In this document: one piece after another, positions 26,814 to 37,288 of the stretch
Numbering within the stretch: the stretch's first letter is position 1
How the letters are laid out: every line of letters starts with the position of its first letter
NCBI GenBank assembly: GCA_964574355.1
Contig: CAZNMD010000003.1
Coordinates: 5,316 to 69,315, forward strand
Direction of reading: 5' to 3'
DNA: 64,000 nucleotides
Source of the DNA: an uncultured Candidatus Saccharibacteria bacterium
Lineage (GTDB): Bacteria > Patescibacteriota > Minisyncoccia > Phycocordibacterales > DSPV01
Translations under genes and position numbers: made by a program
Notes under the pieces: generated by a model
Told to the model about the DNA's origin: nothing
What the model saw: the letters and a program-made list of their open reading frames with translations, nothing else
Database searches by the model: none

Positions 26814-26849
26814 ATATGCGAATTTTGATTGCTACAGGGATTTATCCGC
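26814..26849 (+). repeat. Direct repeat, copy 2. It lies at the true start of the GT gene.
   Basis: Identical to 25676..25711. Confidence 0.9.
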
Positions 26850-27826
26850 CAGAGGTTGGTGGGCCGGCACGATATGCGGCCGAACTTCAAAGGATATGGA
26901 AAAAAGAAGGTGATGTTGTTTTTGTTGCGGTGGCGAGCCGATTTAAGTGGCTGCCCTTTATTGTGCGACAGGTCGCCTTTTTTAAGTGGTGCATAGTAAA
27001 AGCAGTTCGGGCGAATGTTATTTTTGCTCTCGATACTTTTTCTGCCGCAGTACCGGCATTTTATGCCGCACGAATTTTAAGAAAACCCTTTGTTGTTCGT
27101 GTTGGGGGAGATTTTTTATGGGAAATGTATACTGAACGTACAAAAAAAGACATAACACTTAAAACATTTTGTGAAAATATTCCACATGATCTATCAATAA
27201 AAGAAAAAATTGTTTTTTATTTTATACGAAATATGCTTCGTGGCGCCTCTCGGGTGATATTTTCTGTTCCTTGGTATGAGACACTTGCAAAAAAAGCATA
27301 TGGGCCATTGAGAACCAGTAGTATTGTTGAAAATCCAAATGGTCCACGAGAACGTTCTTACGAACCGCAGAAAAAAGTGTTTCTTTTGGCTGGCAGAAAA
27401 ATGTTTTTAAAAAATGCTGATCGTTTTAGAAAAGCATTTGTGGAAGCGCAAAAACATAGTGATATTAGTTTTGTTGAGGATAGGGTTTCTCGAGAAAAAT
27501 ATATTGAACTATTAAAAACATGTTATGTGGTTGCGATTCCATCACTTTCTGAGGTGAGTCCAAATACCGCCCTTGATGCTATTCGTTTTGGTAAGCCAAT
27601 TATTTTAACAAAAGAGTGTGGATATGCTGAACGTTTTGGTGCGGCGGCAGTGTTGGTTGATCCATTAAGTGAGGTCTCAATTCGGTCTGCTATCGAGTTA
27701 TTGAGTTCATCTGTTGCGTATGCTGAGGCGGCGCGCGCCGCAGAAGCAATTTCTTGTACAAGAAATTTTGAAGAAGTGGCGTTAGAAATTCGCGGTATCA
27801 TAAAGGATATATGCGCGTTATCGTAA
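26816..27826 (+). CDS. Glycosyltransferase (GT-B, GT4-like).
   Basis: MRILIATGIYPPEVGGPARYAAEL…. Confidence 0.65.
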   Translation: MRILIATGIYPPEVGGPARYAAELQRIWKKEGDVVFVAVASRFKWLPFIVRQVAFFKWCIVKAVRANVIFALDTFSAAVPAFYAARILRKPFVVRVGGDFLWEMYTERTKKDITLKTFCENIPHDLSIKEKIVFYFIRNMLRGASRVIFSVPWYETLAKKAYGPLRTSSIVENPNGPRERSYEPQKKVFLLAGRKMFLKNADRFRKAFVEAQKHSDISFVEDRVSREKYIELLKTCYVVAIPSLSEVSPNTALDAIRFGKPIILTKECGYAERFGAAAVLVDPLSEVSIRSAIELLSSSVAYAEAARAAEAISCTRNFEEVALEIRGIIKDICALS

Positions 27827-28977
27827 TTGGTTCAGAGAGAAATTTGTTTAAAGAGGGAAGTGCTGCCCGAGAACGTATCGCGGGATACGGGGCGCTTTTT
27901 GAGGAACTTCACCTTATTGTTTTTACTGGGCGAGGATCTGAATTTAGAGAACAAAAAATTGCTGATAATGTATTTGTGTATCCGACACGATCATGGTCAC
28001 GCTTTTTTTATGTTTTTGACGCAAAGAACATTGCTCGTCGACTACGGCGTTCTTTTTCGACTCATCCGTTGAGCGACTCACGGGTTGTTGTTTCTGCACA
28101 GGATCCTTTTGAAGCTGGTCTTGTTGCAAGGCAAGTGGCATCTTTGTTTCCTGCCAAACTTCATCTCCAGATTCATACGGATTTTTTGTCACCCTATTTT
28201 GGTTCCTCTGTTCTTAATCGGACGCGAGTTGCTATTGCAAAGAGAATTTTACCGTTCGCCGATTCTGTGCGGGTAGTCTCGAAGACGATAGAACAAGGGC
28301 TTGTTGAGTCCGGTCTGGTTGATAAAGAGAAAATAAGAGTACTCCCAATTTATGTTGATGGTTCGACTTTTGATGAACATGTCGTTATTGATTCTGATAC
28401 TGATTTACGAAAAAAATTTCCTGAATATAAATTTATTGCCCTTATGGCTTCGCGTTTAGCTCCTGAAAAAGATATGGGGCTTGCGATTCGAGCTATTGGA
28501 AAATTAGCAAAAGAAAATCAACATATTGGTCTTGTTTTAGTGGGTGAGGGGCCAGAAAAGCACCGTCTCATGAAACTCGCTGGTACCTGCGGAGCGGGAA
28601 AAAATGTTCGATTTCTTCCTTGGCAAAGACATTTAGGGAGTCTCTATAAGACGGCTAATGTATTTATCCTTACTTCTTCATTCGAGGGCTATGGAATGGC
28701 GCTGGTTGAAGCTGCTCTTTCGGGAACTCCTATTATTTCAACAAAGGTTGGTATCGCCGTTGAATTAAAAGATGGTAAGGAGGCTCTTTTGTGTGATGTT
28801 GGAGACGAAGAGTGTTTTCTTAAAAAAATGCGTCTTTTAGTGCATGATCATTCCCTGCGACAACTTCTTAAAGCAAATGCTCGTTTGTGGATGCTTTCTC
28901 ATTTGCCAGATAAAGAGACGTATCTCAGGCAGTATAAAGAATCATTTGAGCTTGCCTTTACTATAGGGGCCAGGTGA
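27811..28977 (+). CDS. Glycosyltransferase family 4.
   Basis: …SSFEGYGMALVEAALSGTPIISTKVG…. It overlaps the upstream gene by 16 nt. Confidence 0.75.
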   Translation: MRVIVIGSERNLFKEGSAARERIAGYGALFEELHLIVFTGRGSEFREQKIADNVFVYPTRSWSRFFYVFDAKNIARRLRRSFSTHPLSDSRVVVSAQDPFEAGLVARQVASLFPAKLHLQIHTDFLSPYFGSSVLNRTRVAIAKRILPFADSVRVVSKTIEQGLVESGLVDKEKIRVLPIYVDGSTFDEHVVIDSDTDLRKKFPEYKFIALMASRLAPEKDMGLAIRAIGKLAKENQHIGLVLVGEGPEKHRLMKLAGTCGAGKNVRFLPWQRHLGSLYKTANVFILTSSFEGYGMALVEAALSGTPIISTKVGIAVELKDGKEALLCDVGDEECFLKKMRLLVHDHSLRQLLKANARLWMLSHLPDKETYLRQYKESFELAFTIGAR

Positions 28978-29117
28978 TAATGCCCCGCGTGTCAGTTTCA
29001 ATGAAAAACAGTTTGGAAAAGACAAAGAGGGCGTTATGCTGTTGAGAGCCCTTGAAAAGAAAAATATAGAGTTGCTGGTTGATTCTCAAAAAGATCCTGA
29101 CCTTCTTCAAGGAGTAT

Positions 29118-30176
29118 ATGGTAAAAAAATTACTCATCGTCACACAAAAAGTAGATAAGAACGATCCCGTTCTTGGTTTTTTTCATACGTGGCTTTTGGA
29201 GTTTGCTAAACAAGTTGAACAGGTGATTGTAATCGGACTTTCGGTTGGGGAACATAATTTGCCGAAGAATGTTCGTGTGATTTCGCTTGAAAAAGAAAAG
29301 GGAAAAGGAAGAATTGCTCGAACAATAACTTTTTTACAAACCATTATTGCACTGAAAAGAGAGTATGATTCTGTGTTTGTTCATATGAACCCGGAATACG
29401 TCGCTCTTGCGGGACTTATATGGCAAGGAATGAGAAAAAAGGTTTCTTTGTGGTATACCCATCGAAATGTTGATCTCAAGTTAAAACTTGCTGTTACATT
29501 TTCTGACGTTGTTTTTACTGCGTCACCCGAAAGTTGTCGTATTAAAAGTAAAAAAATTAAAATTATTGGGCACGGAGTTGATGTTGATCTTTTTAATGCG
29601 GTTGTTCACGACAAATCAGTTGATGTAAATCGTACTATTCGCATTGCTCACATTGGTCGTATTACGCCGATAAAAAATTGCGAAACACTTATCGAAGCGA
29701 TTTCGTTGATAAATCGTGAGCGGCCCGTTAGTCTTACTTTTGTGGGAGGAGGGGTAATGGCAGGTGATACGTCGTACGAGGCCAATCTTTCTCGATTGAT
29801 TAAAGAGCGAGGTCTTGAAGATCAAGTGATTTTTAAGGGCAGTATTGTTCATGCGGCATTACCGGCATTTTTAAGTTCAGTTGATGTGACCATCAATGGT
29901 ACGCCAACGGGAGGCCTTGATAAGGTTGTGCTTGAATCAATGGCGGCCGGGGTACCTGTTTTGACTAGTAATACCTCTTTTTCGCCATTCTTTGGAGATA
30001 ATGCTTCACGACTTATCTTTAAAGAGCGTGATGCAAAAGATCTTGCTTTTAAAATAGTCGCACTGTGTTCAAGCCAAGATTTTTTATCCTTAGGCGAATT
30101 TCTTAAAAAAAGTGCTTCACGTTTCGGTATTCCACGTCTTATTGGTCAAATAATTACAGAACTTAAGACGGAATAA
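29118..30176 (+). CDS. Glycosyltransferase family 4.
   Basis: MVKKLLIVTQK…; …GGLDKVVLESMAAGVPVLTSN…. The ORF track starts at 29079 (TTG), but the ATG at 29118 is preferred. Confidence 0.75.
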   Translation: MVKKLLIVTQKVDKNDPVLGFFHTWLLEFAKQVEQVIVIGLSVGEHNLPKNVRVISLEKEKGKGRIARTITFLQTIIALKREYDSVFVHMNPEYVALAGLIWQGMRKKVSLWYTHRNVDLKLKLAVTFSDVVFTASPESCRIKSKKIKIIGHGVDVDLFNAVVHDKSVDVNRTIRIAHIGRITPIKNCETLIEAISLINRERPVSLTFVGGGVMAGDTSYEANLSRLIKERGLEDQVIFKGSIVHAALPAFLSSVDVTINGTPTGGLDKVVLESMAAGVPVLTSNTSFSPFFGDNASRLIFKERDAKDLAFKIVALCSSQDFLSLGEFLKKSASRFGIPRLIGQIITELKTE

Positions 30177-30220
30177 ATACAGTATTATTTCGGGACTTTT
30201 TATGATATCCTCAACCCACT

Positions 30221-31288
30221 ATGAGAGTATGCTATTTTGGCATCTTTGATCCGGCCTATTGTCGTAATAAAAACATCATTAAGGGCTTACGAAAAGCCGG
30301 AGTGGGTGTCATTGAGGTTATTGATACCACTCGGGGACCTATTAAATTTTGGCGGCTTTTGAAGAAGTACTGGCCGATTCGAAAAGATTATGATGCTATG
30401 ATTGTCGGTTTTCCGGGGCAAATTATTGTTCCGTTTGCAAAGCTTTTAACTCGCCGGCCAGTTATTTTTGATCTGCATGTTTCTTACTACGACAGTATCA
30501 TCAAAGAGAGAAAGCAATTTGGAGATAAAACTTGGGCTGCTCTTAAATTTTATCTCATGGATTGGGTCGCTTGTCGGATGGCTGATCTTGTACTACTTGA
30601 TACCGAAGAACATGTTCGTTATGTCGCCGAGCTTTTACACATTTCGCCGAAAAAATTTGGAGTGGTTCGACATGGTATAGATAATGAGCTTTTTGCTCCG
30701 CCGGCTGCTCGGGTGCAAAAAAATCCCGGCGATCCAATGATAGTTTCGTTCCATGGGTATATCCAACTTTTAAATGGAATGGATTTGGTTGTTCGGGCAA
30801 TGGATCAGCTTAAAAATGAACCCATAAAGCTTTGGATTATTGGTGGTGGTAGCGAGTATCCAAAAATGCAGACATTGGCCCGAGAATTGAATCTTTCTAA
30901 TGTAGAATTTTTCCCGCCGATGGCACCACCAGATTTGGCTAAAAAAATTGCTAATGCTGATGTTGGTTTAGGATTTTTCTCAAAGAGTTTAAAAATTGAT
31001 CGTGTGATTGCGAATAAGGTTGTTGAACTTATGGCTTTAAAGGTTCCGGTTCTGACAGGAGATTCTGTTGCGATGCGAGAGTGTTTTACTCAAAAGGAAG
31101 AAGTTTTTTATTGTGAACGAGGGAGTGTTGAATCTATTGTGGCGGCATTAAGGGAGTTGGCTCTAAAACCAGATATGCGCTCAAAAATTGCTGAAGGTGG
31201 GTATAAGAGGGTGACGGGTGGCATGACGTATGTTGATGCGGGTAAACAAACAGTTGCTCTTGTTGAGCGTTTTGTGAAATCAAAATAA
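30221..31288 (+). CDS. Glycosyltransferase family 4.
   Basis: …ELMALKVPVLTGDSVAMRECF…. Confidence 0.7.
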   Translation: MRVCYFGIFDPAYCRNKNIIKGLRKAGVGVIEVIDTTRGPIKFWRLLKKYWPIRKDYDAMIVGFPGQIIVPFAKLLTRRPVIFDLHVSYYDSIIKERKQFGDKTWAALKFYLMDWVACRMADLVLLDTEEHVRYVAELLHISPKKFGVVRHGIDNELFAPPAARVQKNPGDPMIVSFHGYIQLLNGMDLVVRAMDQLKNEPIKLWIIGGGSEYPKMQTLARELNLSNVEFFPPMAPPDLAKKIANADVGLGFFSKSLKIDRVIANKVVELMALKVPVLTGDSVAMRECFTQKEEVFYCERGSVESIVAALRELALKPDMRSKIAEGGYKRVTGGMTYVDAGKQTVALVERFVKSK

Positions 31289-31290
31289 AT

Positions 31291-32283
31291 ATGGCAAACG
31301 TTAAGCATAAAAAACGAGAGGATTCGAGAATTCGAGTTTTAGTTACCGGTGGGGCCGGGTACGTTGGTGGTGCAGTTACTGATATTTTGGCCTCAATGCC
31401 GGAGAGATATGAATTTCGAGTGTATGACACTTTGTTATATGAGGAGTCGTATAGGAAACCGGTACCGTTTGTGTATGGTGATATTTTAGATATTCCTCGC
31501 CTTAAAGAACAATTAGAATGGGCAGATGCTGTTATTTGGCTCGCTGCAATTGTTGGTGATGGTGCATGTAAGTGGGACGAAGTTTTGACTACAAAAACTA
31601 ACCAAGAATCATTAGGGTGGCTCGCAGAAAATTTTTCAGGACGAATTATTTTTGCTTCCACGTGTTCGGTGTATGGGGCACAAGAGACGGCTTTATTAAC
31701 AGAATCTTCTCCTTTAAATCCCCTCTCTTTGTATGCGTACACAAAAATTGAGGCAGAAAAATTGCTTGCTAAAAAGGATGCGGTGATATTTCGATTAGGC
31801 ACACTTTTTGGTGTATCTGATATTTTTTCTCGTGTCCGTATGGATTTGGTTGCCAATTTATTAACCGCGAGGGCGCTTATGACCGGTACAATTGATGTGT
31901 TTGGGGGTGAGCAGTATCGTCCGCTTCTTCATGTGAAAGATGCTGCGGTCGCGTTTGTTTCAGCTCTTGAGGTTTCTTCGCTCAAGCAGGCCGAGATTTA
32001 TAATATTTCTTACAAAAATATACGAATGCTTGAGTTGGCAAATCTTGTTGTTAAGCATTTTCCAAAAGTTAAGGTAAAAGTTACGGATATGCCGTTTGAG
32101 GATTTACGTAATTACTCAGTTTCGCCAGAGAAAGCAAAAAAAGAACTTGGGTTTAATCCAACCCATACGATTGATGAAGGTATTACTGAAGTTGCCGCCC
32201 TCTTGACTGATAAGCGGGTTAAGGATTTTAATAATCCTCGTTATAGTAACCAATCGTTCTTAAAAGATATGTTAAAGCGATAA
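31291..32283 (+). CDS. NAD-dependent nucleotide-sugar epimerase/dehydratase (SDR).
   Basis: RVLVTGGAGYVGGAVTDIL…. Confidence 0.75.
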   Translation: MANVKHKKREDSRIRVLVTGGAGYVGGAVTDILASMPERYEFRVYDTLLYEESYRKPVPFVYGDILDIPRLKEQLEWADAVIWLAAIVGDGACKWDEVLTTKTNQESLGWLAENFSGRIIFASTCSVYGAQETALLTESSPLNPLSLYAYTKIEAEKLLAKKDAVIFRLGTLFGVSDIFSRVRMDLVANLLTARALMTGTIDVFGGEQYRPLLHVKDAAVAFVSALEVSSLKQAEIYNISYKNIRMLELANLVVKHFPKVKVKVTDMPFEDLRNYSVSPEKAKKELGFNPTHTIDEGITEVAALLTDKRVKDFNNPRYSNQSFLKDMLKR

Positions 32284-32302
32284 ATGGTAGGTATGTAATT
32301 TT

Positions 32303-32752
32303 ATGAAAGATACACCGACACTTATTGAGGGGGGGCTTGCGGTTGATGATCGCGGGTATGTGGCGTTTTCAAATGGCTTTGCGTTTGAAGGAGTAAAGCG
32401 TTTTTATGCAGTAGAAAATTTTAATAAAGATACTATTCGAGCGTGGCACGGGCACGAGAAGGAAGGGAAATACGTTTTTGTTTCGAGTGGCACTGCGATA
32501 GTGGCAGCGGTGAAGATGACTGATACAAAAAAACCGAGTAAGAAAGAAAAAATTGAGAGATATGTGCTCTCGTCTCGAAAACCTTCGATTCTTTGGATTC
32601 CCTCGGGATATGCAAATGGTTTTAAGTCACTTGAATCGGGTACGAAGTTGTTTTTCTTTTCAACTTCAACACTTGAAGAGTCAAAGGGTGATGATTATCG
32701 ATTTCCGGTCGATTATTGGGGAGACACTATATGGCAGGTAGAAAACAGGTAA
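32303..32752 (+). CDS. Cupin-fold sugar 3,5-epimerase / 3,4-ketoisomerase-like protein (RmlC / FdtA-WxcM-like).
   Basis: 149 aa. …RAWHGHEKEGKYVFV…. Confidence 0.45.
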   Translation: MKDTPTLIEGGLAVDDRGYVAFSNGFAFEGVKRFYAVENFNKDTIRAWHGHEKEGKYVFVSSGTAIVAAVKMTDTKKPSKKEKIERYVLSSRKPSILWIPSGYANGFKSLESGTKLFFFSTSTLEESKGDDYRFPVDYWGDTIWQVENR

Positions 32753-33678
32753 AGAGAAAAACTCCCGTTGCGGTGAAAAAAGATGCTCGACCTCGAGTGT
32801 TGGTTCTTGGTATTACGGGAATGTTAGGTTCAATGATGTTTCGTTACCTAAACAAACAAGGTTTTTTGGTTGCTGGTACAGTTCGGAATAAAAAATTTAT
32901 ACCGAAAAAAAGCACTACTCCTATTTTTGATTTTGATGCTGAAAAAGCAGTTCTCGATGAGCGAGTTTTCAAAAAATGGAAGCCAACATATGTTATTAAT
33001 TGTATTGGTATTATTAAGCCCTATTGTAAGGATGATGATCCTCTTGGTGTTTTGCGCGCTATTCGAGTAAATGCATTGTTTCCCCATCTTCTCGCTCAGC
33101 TTGGTGAGCGATACGGTTTTCGAACAATTCAAATTGCGACAGATTGTGTGTATAGTGGGACTAAGGGTGGGTATGTTGAGACTGATTTGCATGACGCTCT
33201 TGATGTGTACGGTAAAACAAAAAGTCTTGGCGAGGTTCATCGTGGAAAATTTTTAAATATCCGAACTTCAATTATTGGTCCAGAAGAGAAGGGCAAGCTT
33301 TCACTTTTGGAATGGTTTTTATCTCAACCAAAGGGTTCGTCTATTAAAGGTTTTGCACATCATCGCTGGAATGGGGTGACGGTTTTACAGTTTGCCGAGC
33401 TTGTTGCGGGTATCATTAATCGTGGCGCGCAACATTTTGATACGTTAGTGGCAACTTCTTTTGTTCATCATTTTGTTCCCAATAAACCGGTTGATAAATA
33501 TGAATTGATGCATATTTTTAACGAGGTGTTTAAGCGTGATCTTGTTATTGATCGGGTTGATACGATTGGGCCACCGGTTGATCGGACTCTTCATACTCGT
33601 TTTGCTTTGGTGCAAGGAGGTGTTGAGTTGCCAATGAAAGAAGCGATTGAAGCTTTGGTAGCATATATCAATAAGTAA
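32716..33678 (+). CDS. RmlD-like NAD(P)-dependent sugar-nucleotide reductase (SDR).
   Basis: RVLVLGITGMLGSMMF…. RmlD-like substrate-binding region. Confidence 0.55.
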   Translation: MGRHYMAGRKQVKRKTPVAVKKDARPRVLVLGITGMLGSMMFRYLNKQGFLVAGTVRNKKFIPKKSTTPIFDFDAEKAVLDERVFKKWKPTYVINCIGIIKPYCKDDDPLGVLRAIRVNALFPHLLAQLGERYGFRTIQIATDCVYSGTKGGYVETDLHDALDVYGKTKSLGEVHRGKFLNIRTSIIGPEEKGKLSLLEWFLSQPKGSSIKGFAHHRWNGVTVLQFAELVAGIINRGAQHFDTLVATSFVHHFVPNKPVDKYELMHIFNEVFKRDLVIDRVDTIGPPVDRTLHTRFALVQGGVELPMKEAIEALVAYINK

Positions 33679-33708
33679 TAATAGTGAGTGTAGTACACTG
33701 ATATTTCT

Positions 33709-34365
33709 ATGAGCGAAGTCATAAAAGATTTTTATAACAATCATAAGGCGTTTGGCATTAATTCTTTGCGTCGTCGCAAAATTCACGCACTTGCCAATAA
33801 AGCATTTGCTGGAGAAAAAAAACGTGTTTTGGATGTTGGGTGTACAAGCGGCTACGTGTCAGCTCCTCTTAAAGAGGCTGGGCATTATGTTGTTGGGATT
33901 GATATCGCGGATAAGCCGATTGCTGAAGCGAAAAAAGTTCTTAATGAAGCCTACGTTGTAGATATCGAGCGTTATCCGTGGCCCAAGGAGGTAGAAGGGA
34001 AAAAATTTGATCTTATTATTCTAGGTGAAGTTATTGAACACCTTTTTGATCAGTCAGCAATTCTTCAGCAATTGAAGAAATTGCTTTCGCCAGGGGGGTA
34101 TATTTTAGTAACGACGCCAAATCTTTTAATTTGGAGTGAGCGTGTTCGGATGCTTTTGGGTACGTACGAAAATAAGGATGCGGGACATATTCGAATGCTT
34201 TCATTTAGAACGTTTAGGATGTTATGTGATAAAGAGGGTTTGTTGATTGTTGCCGAGGATCATGTTTGGAAACCAAACTGGTTAGAACGTTTTCAAGCGT
34301 TTCTTCCGGCAAATATGTTTGCGTATCAGATTGTTACGTTGCTTCAAGATAATCATTCGTCATGA
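33709..34365 (+). CDS. Class I SAM-dependent methyltransferase.
   Basis: VLDVGCTSGYVSAPLKEAGHYVVGIDIA…. Confidence 0.7.
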   Translation: MSEVIKDFYNNHKAFGINSLRRRKIHALANKAFAGEKKRVLDVGCTSGYVSAPLKEAGHYVVGIDIADKPIAEAKKVLNEAYVVDIERYPWPKEVEGKKFDLIILGEVIEHLFDQSAILQQLKKLLSPGGYILVTTPNLLIWSERVRMLLGTYENKDAGHIRMLSFRTFRMLCDKEGLLIVAEDHVWKPNWLERFQAFLPANMFAYQIVTLLQDNHSS

Positions 34366-35357
34366 TGAGTGCGAGTGAAAAACGAGCCGTTGCGGTTATT
34401 AACCCACGGGAGGCGGATGGTTTAGCTAGAACATTGCTTGATGGATTTTCTTTGTTGGCCGAGCGAGGAGATATTGAACTAAAATTGTCGTCCTCTTTTG
34501 AATATGATGTACCGCTCTCTGATAAGATTTTATCCCGACCCGATTTTATTTCTTTTGCTCGAAAAGCTGATGCGGTCGTTCTTATAAACGGAAAATATGG
34601 TACCGATGTGCGACTTGCTGAAGATGTTGATTCTTTTGAAAAAACAGCTTTTATTGATGGTTCAGAGTTGGGTGGTAATAATCGTTTAGATGTTGAAGTG
34701 TTGCGTCGTGTACTTGATGGCACATACAAAGGAAAAGGTGCTATCGATAAGGATATGCTTGCTCGATGTCTTCTCTATATGCGTCGAGAAAAGCCATATG
34801 TAAAAGGGGTAGTACCCCTTCCTTTTGGAATAGAGAGTTTGTATACAAGGGCGTGGACTGCTCGTCCACCAAAAGACATTGATTTTGTCTGTATATTTGG
34901 TCAAGAAGAGTATCCGCCGTTTAGGCGTTATGTAAGAGAGGAATTAGAACGGTTTTGTAAAAAGGAAGGCTTTGTTTGTGTTACAGATAAAATGCCTCGT
35001 TCGGAATTTTATCGAACATTGGCCCGTGCGAAGGTAGGGGTTTCTGTTGGTGGCGGAGGGTTTGACACGTTACGTTTTTGGGAAATTTTAGGAGCAAATG
35101 CTGTTTTGATGACTGAGACAATTGATATTTTTCCAAAATATGACACATCTCTTGATTTTGAGCGGATTTGGCAATTTAATAATCTGTTCGATTTTTCTTA
35201 TGAATTAGAAAGAGTAGGGGCATTTCTTAAGGAGGAGTATACAAAAGTTTTTCAAACGAAAGCTTGGCAGGATGAATATGATACTATTCTCGCAACACAT
35301 GGTTCAATTGCTCGTGCGCAGACTGTGTTGAATGAAATTGCAAAAAGACGACCATGA
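34362..35357 (+). CDS. Putative glycosyltransferase (CgeB / Glyco_trans_1_2-like).
   Basis: …RSEFYRTLARAKVGVSVGGGGFDTLRFWEILGANAVLMTE…. Weak resemblance only. Confidence 0.3.
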   Translation: MMSASEKRAVAVINPREADGLARTLLDGFSLLAERGDIELKLSSSFEYDVPLSDKILSRPDFISFARKADAVVLINGKYGTDVRLAEDVDSFEKTAFIDGSELGGNNRLDVEVLRRVLDGTYKGKGAIDKDMLARCLLYMRREKPYVKGVVPLPFGIESLYTRAWTARPPKDIDFVCIFGQEEYPPFRRYVREELERFCKKEGFVCVTDKMPRSEFYRTLARAKVGVSVGGGGFDTLRFWEILGANAVLMTETIDIFPKYDTSLDFERIWQFNNLFDFSYELERVGAFLKEEYTKVFQTKAWQDEYDTILATHGSIARAQTVLNEIAKRRP

Positions 35358-36163
35358 ACAACGTATCTTCTTTAGAAAAAAAAGAAACATGTGCGATTCT
35401 TATCGCTTCGTGTAAGGCCTATAGTGATTCATGGAAGCCATTTTTTACTCAGTTTTTTAAATATTGGACTGATTGTCCGTTTCCAATATATTTAGTGACT
35501 GAGGGGGGAGAGTCACCAGATCCACGTGTGAATATGATTATGCTTCAAAAAGATTTGGGTTGGTCTGATAATGTACGCGAGGCTTTACGAATCATTAATT
35601 TGCCGTATGTGATTTATATTCTTGATGATGTGCCATTAATGAGTAAGGTTGATACGCAAAGAATCCTTTCTCTTCTTTCTCTTATGAAAAAAGAAAAGGC
35701 AGGATATTTACGTTTGTATCCGGCGCCAGGTCCACAGCATTCATATAAAAATTATGGTGAAGTGGGTGAAATTGCTAAAGATGCATTGTATCGAACCTCA
35801 ACGATGGCGGCTCTTTGGGACGTGAACACTTTTCGATCTTTATTGGTGCCCGGTGAAAATGCGTGGCAGTTTGAAATTATTGGCACTGAGCGATCTCGAG
35901 TACTTTCGGAGCCTTTTTTGTCGGTGTGGCCAAAAGATGGTGCTGCAATAAATCATTTTGCAACTGCTATAAAAAAAGGTAAGTGGCAGTGGGACGCTGC
36001 ACGATTTTTGCGTCGAGAAGGAGTTGAAATAGATCGTGCCCGACGTGCAGTTGAGTCGTTTCCAAAATATATTGTTCGAACCATGGGAGGCATGCCGGTG
36101 ATCGGCCGTGTTGTTGGTGTTATTAATCATCGTATAAAAAAAGTATTAAAAAAGCGGGGATAG
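35354..36163 (+). CDS. Hypothetical protein, 269 aa.
   Basis: ORF in operon context. No recognisable motif. Confidence 0.4.
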   Translation: MNNVSSLEKKETCAILIASCKAYSDSWKPFFTQFFKYWTDCPFPIYLVTEGGESPDPRVNMIMLQKDLGWSDNVREALRIINLPYVIYILDDVPLMSKVDTQRILSLLSLMKKEKAGYLRLYPAPGPQHSYKNYGEVGEIAKDALYRTSTMAALWDVNTFRSLLVPGENAWQFEIIGTERSRVLSEPFLSVWPKDGAAINHFATAIKKGKWQWDAARFLRREGVEIDRARRAVESFPKYIVRTMGGMPVIGRVVGVINHRIKKVLKKRG

Positions 36164-36220
36164 AATTTTTGTCCAAGACTATTTTCCCTTCTTGTATCCT
36201 TGTGATAGCATTCGCCCACA

Positions 36221-37282
36221 ATGCTTTGGACAAAAAAGGATAAAGTCGCTCTTATAACGGGTATTACTGGCCAAGACGGGAGCTATTTGGCTGAATTTTT
36301 GCTGAAGAAAGGCTATATGGTTCATGGTATTATTCGCCGGGCAAGTACGTTTAATACATCGCGAATCAATCATATTTTTGAAGATCCTCATACTCCGGGT
36401 AAGAGACTTATTTTGCACTACGGTGATTTAACGGATAGTACTAATATTGCAAAACTGATTAGAAATATTAGGCCAGATGAAATTTATCATTTGGGTGCCC
36501 AAAGTCATGTTCGGGTTAGTTTTGATATTCCAGAATATACGGCAGACGCAACAGGTGTTTCGACTGTACGACTTCTTGAAGCAATTCGTGAATCGGGTGT
36601 GGATACAAAGTTCTATCAAGCGTCATCTTCTGAGATGTTTGGTAAGGTGCTTGAAGTTCCCCAAAAAGAAACAACACCATTTTATCCTCGATCACCATAT
36701 GGTGCCGCAAAAGTATTTGCGTATTGGCTGACCGTTAATTATCGTGAGAGCTATAACATGTTTGCTGTGAATGGGATTCTTTTTAATCACGAATCTCCGC
36801 GCCGAGGTGAAACATTTGTTACTCGAAAAATTACTCGTGGTTTAGCGCGTATTAAGCTTGAGCTGGAGACAACTCTCTTTTTGGGAAATTTGCACGCAAA
36901 GCGTGATTGGGGCTATGCGCCTGATTATGTTGAAGCCATGTGGTTAATGCTTCAGCATGATACACCGGAAGATTTTGTTATTGCCACAGGAGAAACTCAT
37001 ACAGTGCGAGAATTTGTTGAAGAGGCTTCACGGGCGATTGGTTTTGATCTTGTATGGAAAGGTGAGGGAGTAGACGAGGTTGGGGTTGATAAGAAAACAG
37101 GTAAGGTTATTCTTCGAATTGATAAGAATTATTTTCGTCCAACTGAAGTTGATTTATTAATTGGCGATGCGTCGAAAGCAAAAAGGCTTCTTGGGTGGGA
37201 GCCATCAGTGCGATTTCATGAGCTTGTCGATATAATGGCTAAAGCAGATTATGAACGCGAAAAAAGATTGGCCGGTAAATAA
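36221..37282 (+). CDS. gmd: GDP-mannose 4,6-dehydratase.
   Basis: [35 protein letters not shown]…. Confidence 0.9.
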   Translation: MLWTKKDKVALITGITGQDGSYLAEFLLKKGYMVHGIIRRASTFNTSRINHIFEDPHTPGKRLILHYGDLTDSTNIAKLIRNIRPDEIYHLGAQSHVRVSFDIPEYTADATGVSTVRLLEAIRESGVDTKFYQASSSEMFGKVLEVPQKETTPFYPRSPYGAAKVFAYWLTVNYRESYNMFAVNGILFNHESPRRGETFVTRKITRGLARIKLELETTLFLGNLHAKRDWGYAPDYVEAMWLMLQHDTPEDFVIATGETHTVREFVEEASRAIGFDLVWKGEGVDEVGVDKKTGKVILRIDKNYFRPTEVDLLIGDASKAKRLLGWEPSVRFHELVDIMAKADYEREKRLAGK

Positions 37283-37288
37283 AATCTA

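Noticed and set aside
31134-31856. 240-aa minus-strand ORF overlapping the epimerase gene 31291..32283.
   Set aside because: It is antisense to a well-supported SDR gene with a Rossmann motif and has no motifs of its own. Antisense ORFs like this are common by chance.
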